Of a DNA stretch of 44,620 bases, positions 25,622-35,706 are shown one piece after another. Origin of the DNA: Tidjanibacter sp. (GTDB taxonomy: Bacteria; Bacteroidota; Bacteroidia; Bacteroidales; Rikenellaceae). The stretch spans positions 1 to 44,620 of the forward strand of contig JAZODY010000111.1 of the NCBI GenBank assembly GCA_045597245.1. Direction: 5' to 3'. Every line of letters begins with the position of its first letter. Positions within the stretch are counted from its first letter, which is position 1. The notes under the pieces were generated by a model. The model searched no databases and was not told the origin of the DNA. It saw only the letters and a list, made by a program, of their open reading frames with translations. The translations under genes and the position numbers were made by a program.

Positions 25622-26974
25622 ATGGTACGATTGCATGAAATTCAAAAAGCCCTGTTGCCCGTCGTGGGGTGGCAGCAGGAATACAACCCAGAACACAGGA
25701 TTGACAAAGTGCTCTGCGAGTCCGAGAGTGGTCTGACTTTTCAAGGGGCGCATCCGCTCGTGACGCTTGCAAACATCCGTGCAATCATGCCGGATGATTA
25801 TCTTTTTCAATACCCCGCGTGGAACGAGATACTGCAATATAAGGTTGGTTTCAAGGTGCGCCATGAGGGGCGTGTCTGGATTGCGAACCGCGATAACGTC
25901 GGGCAGGAGCCGAAGCCGTCGGACTTCAATATGGATTTCAATAACGACTTCGGGGGCGAAAGTCCTTGGGTCGTATGGAATATGGAGAGCGACTTCGTGC
26001 GTCAGCTCACGGTCAACGGCATCAATACCACGATACAGAATTTCCTGACCGACAAGCAACTCCGGCAGGAAACCCGCGACCTCGTGGAGCGCAGGACATT
26101 CTTTGACGGTGCGGCACGGTTACAGGCGACCATCGACCCGACAGGGAAGATTGTAGGCTTTGAGATTGTGCCTGTGCGCTCAATGGGCGTAACGACGAAG
26201 ATTGAACGCATCGGCTTGCAGATGGTCGGGGCAACGGGCAAGATAACCCTCTATCTGTTCCACTCCTCGCAGGTTGCGCCAATGCGCACTATCGAACTGA
26301 ATTTCACGAACGAAAAAGGCGGTTTCCAATGGTTCACTCCGGCGGAGCCGATTTATCTGCCTTATATCGCCAGCAAGGACGGCGCAGGCAATGATTCCGG
26401 CGGCGCGTGGTTCCTTTGCTACAATCAGAACGACCTGCCCTTCGGGATGCAGGCCCTGAACGTATCGAAGGACTGGTCGAAGGAACCGTGCCAGACCTGT
26501 CTGGGCGGAAGCATCGAATCGTGGCGCGAGATAACGAAATATCTGCAAGTGTCACCGTTCTGCATCCATGCCCCGGCAGACTTCGCGCAGTATCCCGAAA
26601 TGTTCGACATCGGTGAGCTGGGTTATACCAATACGATGAACTACGGGCTGAACGTGGAAATTTCCGTCGGGTGCGACCTCACGGATTTCATCATTGCGCA
26701 GCGCAGTATCTTCGCGACGGTCATTCAGAAGCAGGTGGCGGTGGATGTGCTGCGGACGATAGCGATGAATCCCGATGTGCGCGTGAACCGCAATCAGGTC
26801 AATGTCACCCGCGACCAAATCCTCTACGAGCTGGACGGCAACCCGCAGGGACGCGCCTCCGGGCTTGGGCTTGCGCTGAAAGAAGCATACAAGGCCCTTT
26901 CGCTTGACACGCGCGGGCTCGACCGTATCTGTCTGCAATGCAACAATCACGGGGTGAGCTATCGAACAGTGTAA
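25622..26974 (+). CDS. Virion structural protein (head completion/neck) with DFNMDFNNDF motif
   Basis: 450 aa after MCP; short CBM-like segment WNEILQYKVGFKVRHEGRVW. Confidence 0.65.
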   Translation: MVRLHEIQKALLPVVGWQQEYNPEHRIDKVLCESESGLTFQGAHPLVTLANIRAIMPDDYLFQYPAWNEILQYKVGFKVRHEGRVWIANRDNVGQEPKPSDFNMDFNNDFGGESPWVVWNMESDFVRQLTVNGINTTIQNFLTDKQLRQETRDLVERRTFFDGAARLQATIDPTGKIVGFEIVPVRSMGVTTKIERIGLQMVGATGKITLYLFHSSQVAPMRTIELNFTNEKGGFQWFTPAEPIYLPYIASKDGAGNDSGGAWFLCYNQNDLPFGMQALNVSKDWSKEPCQTCLGGSIESWREITKYLQVSPFCIHAPADFAQYPEMFDIGELGYTNTMNYGLNVEISVGCDLTDFIIAQRSIFATVIQKQVAVDVLRTIAMNPDVRVNRNQVNVTRDQILYELDGNPQGRASGLGLALKEAYKALSLDTRGLDRICLQCNNHGVSYRTV

Positions 26975-26984
26975 TTTTCGCGAT

Positions 26985-27070
26985 AAATCGCACGAGAGAG
27001 CCGCGAAGACAAAAGACAATAAATCATATATAAATTCCGTTCATCGCTCTTAAATCGCACGAAAACGGCC
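26985..27070. repeat. Dispersed TTTAAGAG element, copy 5
   Basis: GAGAGCCGCGAA left arm, AT-rich core, CGTTCATCGCTCTTAAATCGCACGA right arm. Confidence 0.75.
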
Positions 27071-27082
27071 AAATTTGAGAAA

Positions 27083-27601
27083 ATGGGAATACTTGACGAC
27101 TTACTCTCCCGCGTGGAGGCAGTGAATGCCGGTCTGCAATCCGGGGCGCTGGTTCGCGATGTCATTGTCCGGCACCGCGAAGACATCCTCGAATTGCAGC
27201 GCATCCAACTGTTACAGGGCCTGTCGTCCAGCGGGGAAGATATTCGCCCCTACTATTCCGAAGACCTCAAGCCGAAGGGCCGTTTCTATTCCGTTGAATC
27301 CGCCGGGCGTTATGCGGCTTGGAAACGTGACGCAATAGCTTATCCGTACTCGGTTGAACGAAACCCCGATGCCCCGAACCTGTATGTTGACGGCACGTTC
27401 CATTCCGAACTCGGGGTGGAATTCGGCTTTGACGCGCTGTCCGTCAGGGGAACGACACCGTATTCGCGCGAGATTGTGGCGAAATACGGGCTGGGGACAT
27501 TCGGGCTGATGGCGGATAAGTGGAATGAACTCTTTGCCGAGCGCGGTGCTCTGGCGGAACTCATGCAAGAAATAAAATCTCAACTCTATGTCACAAACTA
27601 A
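27083..27601 (+). CDS. Neck/tail completion protein (putative)
   Basis: PNLYVDGTFHS...KYG...FGL; position in the gene order. Confidence 0.55.
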   Translation: MGILDDLLSRVEAVNAGLQSGALVRDVIVRHREDILELQRIQLLQGLSSSGEDIRPYYSEDLKPKGRFYSVESAGRYAAWKRDAIAYPYSVERNPDAPNLYVDGTFHSELGVEFGFDALSVRGTTPYSREIVAKYGLGTFGLMADKWNELFAERGALAELMQEIKSQLYVTN

Positions 27602-28181
27602 TGCACCCGTAATTCCTAACCCCGTCATGCTCGATGAGGTTATTGCGCAGATACAGACCGGGCTCGTGGACGGGCTCCCGTGGCTCGACGCGGCTTTCGG
27701 CCGGGCGCAGCGCCTGACGAAAGAAATCAGCGGCAAACGAATCATCGTGCCGAATGTCTTCTGCGGCGGCTGGCGTGGACATGGCCCGAACGATTATATC
27801 GAAGTATCCCCGGACGCGAAGATTGGGAACTTCTCATTCTTTGAGATTGACGACCCGCAGACCATCGACGCAGGGCCGTGGGCGCGGGAAGTCCGGGCAC
27901 CATTCAGCCTTATTGTCTGGTTCGACCTTACGCGGGTATACGACACCGCAAGCAATCGTAACACCGAGAGGATAAAAGCCGACATCCTGCGGCTTCTCTC
28001 CGGGCGCACCGGCTGGCACTTGCGGCAGGGGCGCGTGGCTGTGAATCGCATCTATGAGCGGGCTGAGAATATCTATCGGGGTTACACCCTGTCTGAAATC
28101 GACAATCAGTTCCTTATGCACCCGTTCGCGGGTTTCCGTTTTGAAGGAACGCTTGAATACGAAGAATTATGCGTGGAATAA
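27588..28181 (+). CDS. Tail terminator-like structural protein (putative)
   Basis: 197 aa; position in the gene order. Confidence 0.5.
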   Translation: MSQTNAPVIPNPVMLDEVIAQIQTGLVDGLPWLDAAFGRAQRLTKEISGKRIIVPNVFCGGWRGHGPNDYIEVSPDAKIGNFSFFEIDDPQTIDAGPWAREVRAPFSLIVWFDLTRVYDTASNRNTERIKADILRLLSGRTGWHLRQGRVAVNRIYERAENIYRGYTLSEIDNQFLMHPFAGFRFEGTLEYEELCVE

Positions 28182-28183
28182 CA

Positions 28184-28477
28184 ATGCCGAACTATAATCT
28201 CGGGCCGGATTGCCTGACGATTTACAACTCTTATAGGGTACGTAAGAAGAATATGCGCCCGGTTCTGGAGCAGATAAAGCGTGAGAACAAGCGCGATACT
28301 AAAGTATTCGAACGGTCATTCTTTTCTATGAAAATGGAATGGCTCTGCCACAATGCTCTGTATTTCGCAGGCATCGAAAGGGACAGGACGCGGGACGTCG
28401 ACCTCGATAACCCGACCGACCGCCCGGAATGGCAATATATTGTTTGTGGACTTTTAGTGTGGATTCTGGTATGGTAA
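28184..28477 (+). CDS. Hypothetical protein
   Basis: 97 aa; EWLCHNALY. Confidence 0.6.
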   Translation: MPNYNLGPDCLTIYNSYRVRKKNMRPVLEQIKRENKRDTKVFERSFFSMKMEWLCHNALYFAGIERDRTRDVDLDNPTDRPEWQYIVCGLLVWILVW

Positions 28478-28743
28478 CAAAACTCGCTGTCTTTGTCCTT
28501 TGGGCTCTTATCGTGTCATTCGCTGCGGCCTTTTGCCTGTCGCTTGCCGTCAAATGGGGCTGGATGGAGTGGTTGCAGGTCCACGCACCGAATGAATTCT
28601 TCGAAAAACTATTTAACTGCAAGTTTTGTTGCTCGTGGTGGGTTTCCGTGATTATTTCATTAATTTTGTCCATAGCGACGGGCGAGTGGGTTTTGCTCCT
28701 CGTGCCGGTTTGCTCAACACTAATCTGTCGGGAATTATGGTAA
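28471..28743 (+). CDS. Membrane protein with CxxC
   Basis: Hydrophobic helices, LFNCKFCCSWW. Confidence 0.65.
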   Translation: MVTKLAVFVLWALIVSFAAAFCLSLAVKWGWMEWLQVHAPNEFFEKLFNCKFCCSWWVSVIISLILSIATGEWVLLLVPVCSTLICRELW

Positions 28744-29522
28744 AAATTAAATTAGGCAAACACACAGTGGAAATGTACGACACAATCGACGAACTGCCGA
28801 TTGTGCGTTTCCATAAATATCAGAAATTGCTCCTCGTCGATGCCGGGGTGGGGGCGGATATAACAGCCTTTGACCGGCGCATCGAGAAGACGAAGCGCTT
28901 CCTGTCCTTGGGCAAGACCGAACAGGCCGCGCAAGAGCTGGAAAACCTGCGGCAAAGTGTCTATCTGATACAGAACGGACTGTCCCCGAAGATGCGTGCC
29001 TTCGCCGCATTGATTACGCGCCTTGACGGGAAGCCCTGTGACGAAATCACGGACGACGCACTGGAAAAGATTTCCGCTGCTCTTGCGGATGTTCCCGCGA
29101 ATGAGTTTGCCGCACAGCTGGATGCGGTCAAAAAAAAAATCGAGCAAGACCTGACGCTGTATTTCCCTGCGCTCTTTGACGATTCGGTGGTGAAGGAATA
29201 CTACGACCTCCTGCGGAAACGCTCTTTAGCAATGTTGGACGCAATCATTGCGGGCAAGAGTTCCCCGGCCGAGGTGCCGGAAGTGGAGAAACTGACCACC
29301 GCACTGATTACCTACTCCAATCCCCAGACCTTTACAGGTTCGGCAGGTGTGGAGGTGCAGTTCGACAAGCAATTCGAAAATCTTTGTCTTGCCCTGTCGG
29401 AGCAGTTGCACATCGACCCGAAGAAATACACGGTCTTGGAGTTCTACAACGCATTCGAATTTGCGAAGGAACGGGCGAAGAAGGCCGAGAACGCGCAAAA
29501 GAGGCGATTTAAGAACGATTAA
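28737..29522 (+). CDS. Tail assembly chaperone (putative)
   Basis: Directly upstream of the tape measure gene; internal A10 run at 29130-29139; C-terminal YTVLEFY. Confidence 0.6.
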   Translation: MVKIKLGKHTVEMYDTIDELPIVRFHKYQKLLLVDAGVGADITAFDRRIEKTKRFLSLGKTEQAAQELENLRQSVYLIQNGLSPKMRAFAALITRLDGKPCDEITDDALEKISAALADVPANEFAAQLDAVKKKIEQDLTLYFPALFDDSVVKEYYDLLRKRSLAMLDAIIAGKSSPAEVPEVEKLTTALITYSNPQTFTGSAGVEVQFDKQFENLCLALSEQLHIDPKKYTVLEFYNAFEFAKERAKKAENAQKRRFKND

Positions 29523-29582
29523 AGCACCGAGCAGTATAATTTATCATCGAACTATTATAACGCCGCCAGACGGCAATTTTAA
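29500..29582. repeat. Dispersed TTTAAGAG element, copy 6
   Basis: GCGATTTAAGAACGAT at 29504-29519 is the reverse complement of 27043-27058 with 1 mismatch; GTATAATTTATC core. Confidence 0.6.
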
Positions 29583-29593
29583 GGAAAATAAGT

Positions 29594-32500
29594 ATGGACA
29601 ATCCGAATCCCATAAAATACTCCGACCTTGTTGCCCCGGATAATGCGATAATTAACCTCATTGCGCAGCTCAATGACCTTATCAGCACATACGACGCCGC
29701 CAAAGCAAAAATCCAGAGCGCTGCGGCAGATGCGGCCAAGAGCATGCAGAGCCTTTCAGGCGCAACAGACGAGCAGCGGCAACGTATTGCGGCGCTCGCC
29801 ACCGAGAGCGAAAAGCTCGCACGCGCATACGAGAAGACCGATGTAGCGGAGCGTGAAGTGTACCGCCGCAGGCAGGAGGTCATTCAAGCTGTTAAAGAGG
29901 AGCAGCGCATAGATAAGCTCGTTGTTGAATTGAACAACGCTAAAGAGGGGTCATATAATCGTCTTTCGGCACAATACCGCCTGAACAAAATCCGTCTTAA
30001 TGAGATGTCCGCAGCAGAGCGGCAGGGGACGGAGGCCGGGCGCAAGCTCGAACAGGAAACGCGGCAGATTTATGAGGAGATGTCTCGCCTGCAAAAAGCG
30101 ACCGGGAAATATACCCTTGAAGTAGGCCACTACGAAAATGCGCTGAAAGGTCTGCCCGGTCCGATAGGGCGTATCGTCAGCGGCCTTTCCCGGACGCAGG
30201 AGCAACTCAAAGGCATAGCGCAATCATCGGCCCCCGGCGCAGCCAAGGCGTTGCAGGGGCTTGCCGTTGTGGGGCTGGGTGTCGTGGCGATGTTGCTTGC
30301 ACTCGCAAAGGCGTTCACTTCAATTGTGAAGAAGAATGCCGAATTCGAACAGGCGAACGCGAACCTGTCCACCATCTTGGGTGTGACGCGGAATGAAATG
30401 AAAGCCCTTACGGATTCCGCTTTGCAACTTGGCCGCACGACTGAATACACCGCAAGTCAGGTAACGGATTTGCAAACGGCCCTTGCAAAACTTGGTTTCG
30501 GGCAGGGGTCTATAATCGCTATGCAGAAATACGTATTGCAATTTGCGACGGCTGTTGGGGCGAACCTTGGTGATGCAGCCGAGGTGGCTGGCTCCGCTTT
30601 GCGGGCTTTCGGATTAACCAGCGCAGACACCGAAGACGTGCTTGCGACATTAGCCGTGGCGACAAATAATTCAGCATTGAATTTTGACCGTATCAAACAA
30701 TCAATCGGTACAGTGTTCCCGGTTGCAAATGCATTTGGGCTTACGATTAAAGATGCAACGGCCCTTCTGGGCGCTCTTGCGAATGCAGGTTTCGACGCGT
30801 CGACGGCTGCGACCGCCGCGAGAAATATCTTGCTGAACCTCGCCAATGCGAACGGCAAATTGGCCAAATCCCTTGGGGGACCGGCAAAGTCTTTCGAAGA
30901 GATTATCGATGGCCTTATCAAACTGCGTGATGCCGGCACGAACCTGAATGAAGCGCTGGAACTGACGGACAAACGCAGTGTTGCGGCATTTTCGGCCCTT
31001 TTGTCGGGGGCGGAATCTGCACGGGAACTCCGTGGAAACCTTGAAGACGTAAGCGGCGAATTGGAACGCATCCAATCCGAACGTTTGAATACCGTGGAAG
31101 GTTCGACGAAATTGTTGAAATCCGCGTGGGAAGGTCTTACATTGGCGTTTCAGAATTCCAATGGCGCAATAAAGTCCACTATTGATTGGTTGACGAAATT
31201 AGTGCAAGCGACACAAGGAGTTTTATTCCCCGAAGCCACATTCATATCGGAATCGGCGGATAAATACACCAAAAAATTCCAAGAATACTACGCCAAGAAT
31301 GGCGCAGAAGCGGCGAAGGAATTCATTAAGAATTATCAAGATTACTTTACACAAAAGGCCAGCGAAACGGCCAAAGAAGCCAAATTTGATGGTTTCTTGA
31401 ATAAATGGTTGGGGATTGGCAGTAAACAATTGGTGGCGAAAACCGCAGGAGAAACACTTGCCGGTGTTCAACAGGCCGCAACATCTGTGCTTATGCAGAT
31501 TGAAAATGATGCAGCCGAAGCGGCGGCACAAGCGGAGCGCAATACACAAGCGGCGGCAGAGAAAGCCGAAAACGCAAGGAAGGAGGCCAACAAGCAGCGC
31601 ATCGCAGACCTTCGTGCCGTGGTCGAATCCATCAATCTTGAAATCGCCGTGACGGAAGCCGGCACAGACCAGATGCTGCAAAAGCGCCTCGACAAAGTTG
31701 AAGCCGAAAGACAGCTGGAACTTGAACAGAACCGTCAGAAGGTTGAGAGCGAGCGGCAGGATGAAGCCGCTATCAATGCCAAGTACGACCAGCAGGCAAT
31801 CAAGACGCGCGAGCAGTTCAACGCCGAGGTGTCAAAGCTCGCGGTTCAACGCTTGCAGGCCGAGCAGCAGGCCATTCAGCTCGAAATAGCCATTACGGAC
31901 GAAGGGACGCAGGAGATGCTTGCCCTGCGGCTGGCGAATATCCAAAAGCAGCGCGAAATTGAAATTGAGCAAAACAAACAAAAGGCCGAAGACGTCCGCC
32001 AGAGTGAAGCCGCGATAAACGCGAAATATGACACGATGGTGCTGCGCGAAACGGCGAAGTTCAACACCCAGCTCGCGCAGCGTAACCTGAAAGCGTCGCA
32101 AGACCTCGCGCAAGCGGAATTCGACCTGTTAGATAGGAACGAGCGGCAAAAGACCCTGTTCCGTTTGCAGCAGGAAAAAGTGCGCCTTGAAACTATCTTG
32201 AAGATAAATGAAACCGCCGCCGAGAAGATGACGGAAGACGAAATAAATGCTATCAAGAAGACTATCGAGGGCATCAAGAAGGAAGCCGACCGGCTGGGTT
32301 ATGATAACCTCTATGAGCTTCTGGGAATCAGCCTCGATGCAGACCAGCAGAGCGCACTCAATACCGCTATCGACTCTGTGAAGGATTCCATCGGGTCGCT
32401 GGTGGATTCGTGGAAGTCTGTCGCCGATGCGGCAAAGGAAGCCGCGGACGAGCAGGTCGACGCGGCGCAGAAGGCTCTCGATGCTGAAATAGAGGCTCGC

Positions 32501-33184
32501 AATGCAGGTTATGCCCATAGCGTTGAATTAGCGCAAAAAGAGCTGGATTTGGCAAAGAAGAATGCCGCCAAGGCGGAACGCGAGCAAGTCAAGGCGCAGA
32601 AGGCCCAGCTCGCTATTGATACCGTCACACAGACGTCCAGTCTTGTGACAGCATCGGCAAATATCTGGAAATCCCTGTCCGGCATACCGGAAGTTGGGCC
32701 TGCGCTCGCAGTTGCAGCCCTTGCGACAATGTGGGGCAGTTTCGCGGCTGCGAAAATCAAGGCCGCAGAAGTGGCAGGGATTAAGACCGAGAAATATGGC
32801 GAAGGTGTTGTGGAACTCTTGCAGGGCGGCAGCCATGCGAGCGGTCACGACATTGACCTTGGACGCAAGAGTGACGGCACACGTCGCCGGGCAGAGGGCG
32901 GGGAATTCTTCGCAGTTATCAACAAACGCAATTCGCATCGCTATCGCCATATCATTCCCGATGTCATCAATTCGTTCAATAACGGTACATTCGCAGACCG
33001 CTATCAACGTGCCAATGCCGCGATGGCGGGGATTGCCCTTTCGATGGCGGCAGGCGTGGATGTGACGGGCATCGAACGTGACGTGCACGAAATCCGCCGA
33101 CAGGGCGAAGAAAGCCGAAGTGTTGATACCGCGGGCAATATCATCATTCGATATAAGAATTTAACTCGGAAGATTAAAAGTTAG
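29594..33184 (+). CDS. Tail tape measure protein
   Basis: 1196 aa, Ala/Glu/Lys-rich coiled coil; TP901-like core (LGRTTEYTASQV...LAKLGF...LANAGFDASTAATA). Confidence 0.93.
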   Translation: MDNPNPIKYSDLVAPDNAIINLIAQLNDLISTYDAAKAKIQSAAADAAKSMQSLSGATDEQRQRIAALATESEKLARAYEKTDVAEREVYRRRQEVIQAVKEEQRIDKLVVELNNAKEGSYNRLSAQYRLNKIRLNEMSAAERQGTEAGRKLEQETRQIYEEMSRLQKATGKYTLEVGHYENALKGLPGPIGRIVSGLSRTQEQLKGIAQSSAPGAAKALQGLAVVGLGVVAMLLALAKAFTSIVKKNAEFEQANANLSTILGVTRNEMKALTDSALQLGRTTEYTASQVTDLQTALAKLGFGQGSIIAMQKYVLQFATAVGANLGDAAEVAGSALRAFGLTSADTEDVLATLAVATNNSALNFDRIKQSIGTVFPVANAFGLTIKDATALLGALANAGFDASTAATAARNILLNLANANGKLAKSLGGPAKSFEEIIDGLIKLRDAGTNLNEALELTDKRSVAAFSALLSGAESARELRGNLEDVSGELERIQSERLNTVEGSTKLLKSAWEGLTLAFQNSNGAIKSTIDWLTKLVQATQGVLFPEATFISESADKYTKKFQEYYAKNGAEAAKEFIKNYQDYFTQKASETAKEAKFDGFLNKWLGIGSKQLVAKTAGETLAGVQQAATSVLMQIENDAAEAAAQAERNTQAAAEKAENARKEANKQRIADLRAVVESINLEIAVTEAGTDQMLQKRLDKVEAERQLELEQNRQKVESERQDEAAINAKYDQQAIKTREQFNAEVSKLAVQRLQAEQQAIQLEIAITDEGTQEMLALRLANIQKQREIEIEQNKQKAEDVRQSEAAINAKYDTMVLRETAKFNTQLAQRNLKASQDLAQAEFDLLDRNERQKTLFRLQQEKVRLETILKINETAAEKMTEDEINAIKKTIEGIKKEADRLGYDNLYELLGISLDADQQSALNTAIDSVKDSIGSLVDSWKSVADAAKEAADEQVDAAQKALDAEIEARNAGYAHSVELAQKELDLAKKNAAKAEREQVKAQKAQLAIDTVTQTSSLVTASANIWKSLSGIPEVGPALAVAALATMWGSFAAAKIKAAEVAGIKTEKYGEGVVELLQGGSHASGHDIDLGRKSDGTRRRAEGGEFFAVINKRNSHRYRHIIPDVINSFNNGTFADRYQRANAAMAGIALSMAAGVDVTGIERDVHEIRRQGEESRSVDTAGNIIIRYKNLTRKIKS

Positions 33185-33189
33185 GTGCT

Positions 33190-35706
33190 ATGTTTCCAAT
33201 CTATAAATTCAAAATCCGTGTTCCCGGGACTACATCTAATCTTTTGAATCCAACGGGGTGGCAAAGTGGCTATTATGACAATGATGGGGAGGTGGTGCAA
33301 AGTAATAATTATATCCGCAGCCCGCGCCTCGCCATTTCTGGTGGATTAGCATATAAAATGATTGACAATACGAACGCTCCCTATGAGTGGTTCGTACTTG
33401 CCTTTTATGACGCGGACGGGGAATTCATTTCTATTGAATGGGCCGCAAGCACCGTCGCCCCTCCAGCTTCTGCCCGCACAGTATCCGTCTGCCTTTATTA
33501 CACAGCGAAAATACATACCGAAGGCATGTCGTGGTTATCTTTTACACGTTCGTTTAATTCCTTCGAATACTACGGCTATCTTACCATAAAAGAAATTCAT
33601 CCTATTTTTGGCAATAGCCTTGTTAAGACTTGGGCGCGAGAGCAGGGTGAAATGTTCTATCGTGCCGGATTGGAGGGGAAATTGCAGCTCGAAAGGGACG
33701 ATTACGCGCTTGTGATGGCACAGGCATTCGATGCAAAATTCCTCCTTGATATTACCATTTCCAATGATGCCGGACAGACATGGGCGGACTATTGGAACGG
33801 GTATTTCTACAAGACGGATTGCATCTTTGATGAAGATGCGCAGACCATAACCGTGCAGCCACATGCGGAAGACGTCTATACAAAAGTCCTTTCAGGGCTG
33901 GACAACGAATTTGACCTTATCAAACTCGCTCCGGCGGTGCAACAGATAAAGGCCGATAAGCGGCCGGTCGTTCAGTCATATATTGCAGGGGCGAAAATCG
34001 TGGGGTGTTATCTCGGTTCTATGTATTGGGAGGAAGATTGCGAACAGGTTACCAATCCCACCACGTTGGAGCAGACCTACTATTTTGCGAAGGCGGCAGA
34101 ACGAACCGTGGTCAAAATTACGCAACAGGGCTCGCTCACAATTCCTGATAGATATATCGGCGCGGTGCTGGATGTGGGAACGCCCGGAACGACTGATTAT
34201 GTAAACGGCGATTACAAATTCCGTTATATCGTAGACAGACCGACTTCGGGAATTCGTCGTATAAGGTGGCAAATACTGCGGGCCGCAGACAATACTATCT
34301 TATGGGCGGAGGCTATAACGCAACAAAGCACAACCCCGCCGCCTCCGATACCTTATAGTCAAACATTGACGCCGGTCTCCGCGGAAGTGTCAGGGAATGT
34401 CATTATTTATCTTCAAAATATCGCAGTGTGGGCTCGTATTGTTTGTGACGCAGCATCTATTGACGGCACGCCGACCGTAGCATTACCCGATACTGATATG
34501 GTGCAGAACAATCGAAATTATACCCGTTGTTTGCCATTTAATATATCCAGTGCTTTCCAATTCTCGTTGGAGTATTCTTCGACGCCGACAGAATGGGGAC
34601 GTTATAAGGAGCAGTATTATGTTCGCCCGCCAGCTTCTGGAGGTGTTGTCCCGCAACCCGCTGGGCGAACAAATTGGGATGGGGTGTCCATCTGGTATGC
34701 TTATGGAAATCAAACCATATTAGATTATCAGGGCCGGGCGGAATTTACCATTGAAACAGCCTATCCGCTCGCATCGGTTATTGCGGTCTTGCTCGGCCAG
34801 ATTGCACCTGAATTGGAGCATTTCGGCACAAGCATTTTCAGCCAATTTCTTTATGGGACGAACCCGATAACGGAGAATGCCCAAAAGATTTTCATAACCC
34901 CGAAATCGAACATCCTGAACACACGATATACACAACCTGCGCAAAGTGCCCCTATAACGTTGCGTTCGGTGCTGGATATGCTGCGCGATTGCTATCGTTG
35001 CTATTGGTGGATTGACGGCAACAGGTTCAGGCTCGAGCACGTGGAATACTTCCGCCGTGGCGGGAGTTATGCCCAAGACCCTGCTATCGGCATAGACTTG
35101 ACCGCGCAGACGGTTTCACGCAACGGGAAGCCTTGGGCCTTTGCTCGCAATCAATATCAATTCGAGAAGCCAGAGATGCCCGAAAGATACCAATTCGGTT
35201 GGATGGATGAGGTATCGGAATTCTTCAAGGGTTTCCCGATTGAGATGGTTTCTGGGTATGTCGAGCCGGGACGCATCGAGGAAATCAGCATCACGGATTT
35301 CACGAGTGACCTCGATATGATGCTACTTAACCCTCCGGCCATATCGCAGGACGGCTTTGCGCTGTTGAGCGCGAAGTATGAAAATGGAGAATATAAGATT
35401 GCCTATTCCTATGTCGCTACCCAAGAATATCTATTCGAAATGCAGAATGGATGGGCTTCATTCTATTACCTGCAACAATACTATGCTTATGATATGCCGG
35501 GGAAGCACTATCGTATCGGCGGCACAGATTACACCGCACAGGGCGTTAAGCGATTGAAGATGCAAAACCTTAAATTCCCCGTTCACTCTGACCCTGATTT
35601 AACAAAATTGGTAAAAACCGGGGTGGGGAACGGAAATATTGAAAAATTATCCATAAATTTGTCCAGCAGGATAGCAGATGCAACGTTAGAATATGATACC
35701 GAATAA
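33190..35706 (+). CDS. Tail tip/baseplate protein
   Basis: 838 aa, beta-rich, directly after the tape measure gene. Confidence 0.7.
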   Translation: MFPIYKFKIRVPGTTSNLLNPTGWQSGYYDNDGEVVQSNNYIRSPRLAISGGLAYKMIDNTNAPYEWFVLAFYDADGEFISIEWAASTVAPPASARTVSVCLYYTAKIHTEGMSWLSFTRSFNSFEYYGYLTIKEIHPIFGNSLVKTWAREQGEMFYRAGLEGKLQLERDDYALVMAQAFDAKFLLDITISNDAGQTWADYWNGYFYKTDCIFDEDAQTITVQPHAEDVYTKVLSGLDNEFDLIKLAPAVQQIKADKRPVVQSYIAGAKIVGCYLGSMYWEEDCEQVTNPTTLEQTYYFAKAAERTVVKITQQGSLTIPDRYIGAVLDVGTPGTTDYVNGDYKFRYIVDRPTSGIRRIRWQILRAADNTILWAEAITQQSTTPPPPIPYSQTLTPVSAEVSGNVIIYLQNIAVWARIVCDAASIDGTPTVALPDTDMVQNNRNYTRCLPFNISSAFQFSLEYSSTPTEWGRYKEQYYVRPPASGGVVPQPAGRTNWDGVSIWYAYGNQTILDYQGRAEFTIETAYPLASVIAVLLGQIAPELEHFGTSIFSQFLYGTNPITENAQKIFITPKSNILNTRYTQPAQSAPITLRSVLDMLRDCYRCYWWIDGNRFRLEHVEYFRRGGSYAQDPAIGIDLTAQTVSRNGKPWAFARNQYQFEKPEMPERYQFGWMDEVSEFFKGFPIEMVSGYVEPGRIEEISITDFTSDLDMMLLNPPAISQDGFALLSAKYENGEYKIAYSYVATQEYLFEMQNGWASFYYLQQYYAYDMPGKHYRIGGTDYTAQGVKRLKMQNLKFPVHSDPDLTKLVKTGVGNGNIEKLSINLSSRIADATLEYDTE

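Noticed and set aside
2044-33088. Many long minus-strand ORFs (e.g. 2044-3213, 14115-14861, 21125-22063, 24432-25289)
   Set aside because: Antisense shadows of codon-biased plus-strand genes; no recognisable motifs or expression signals
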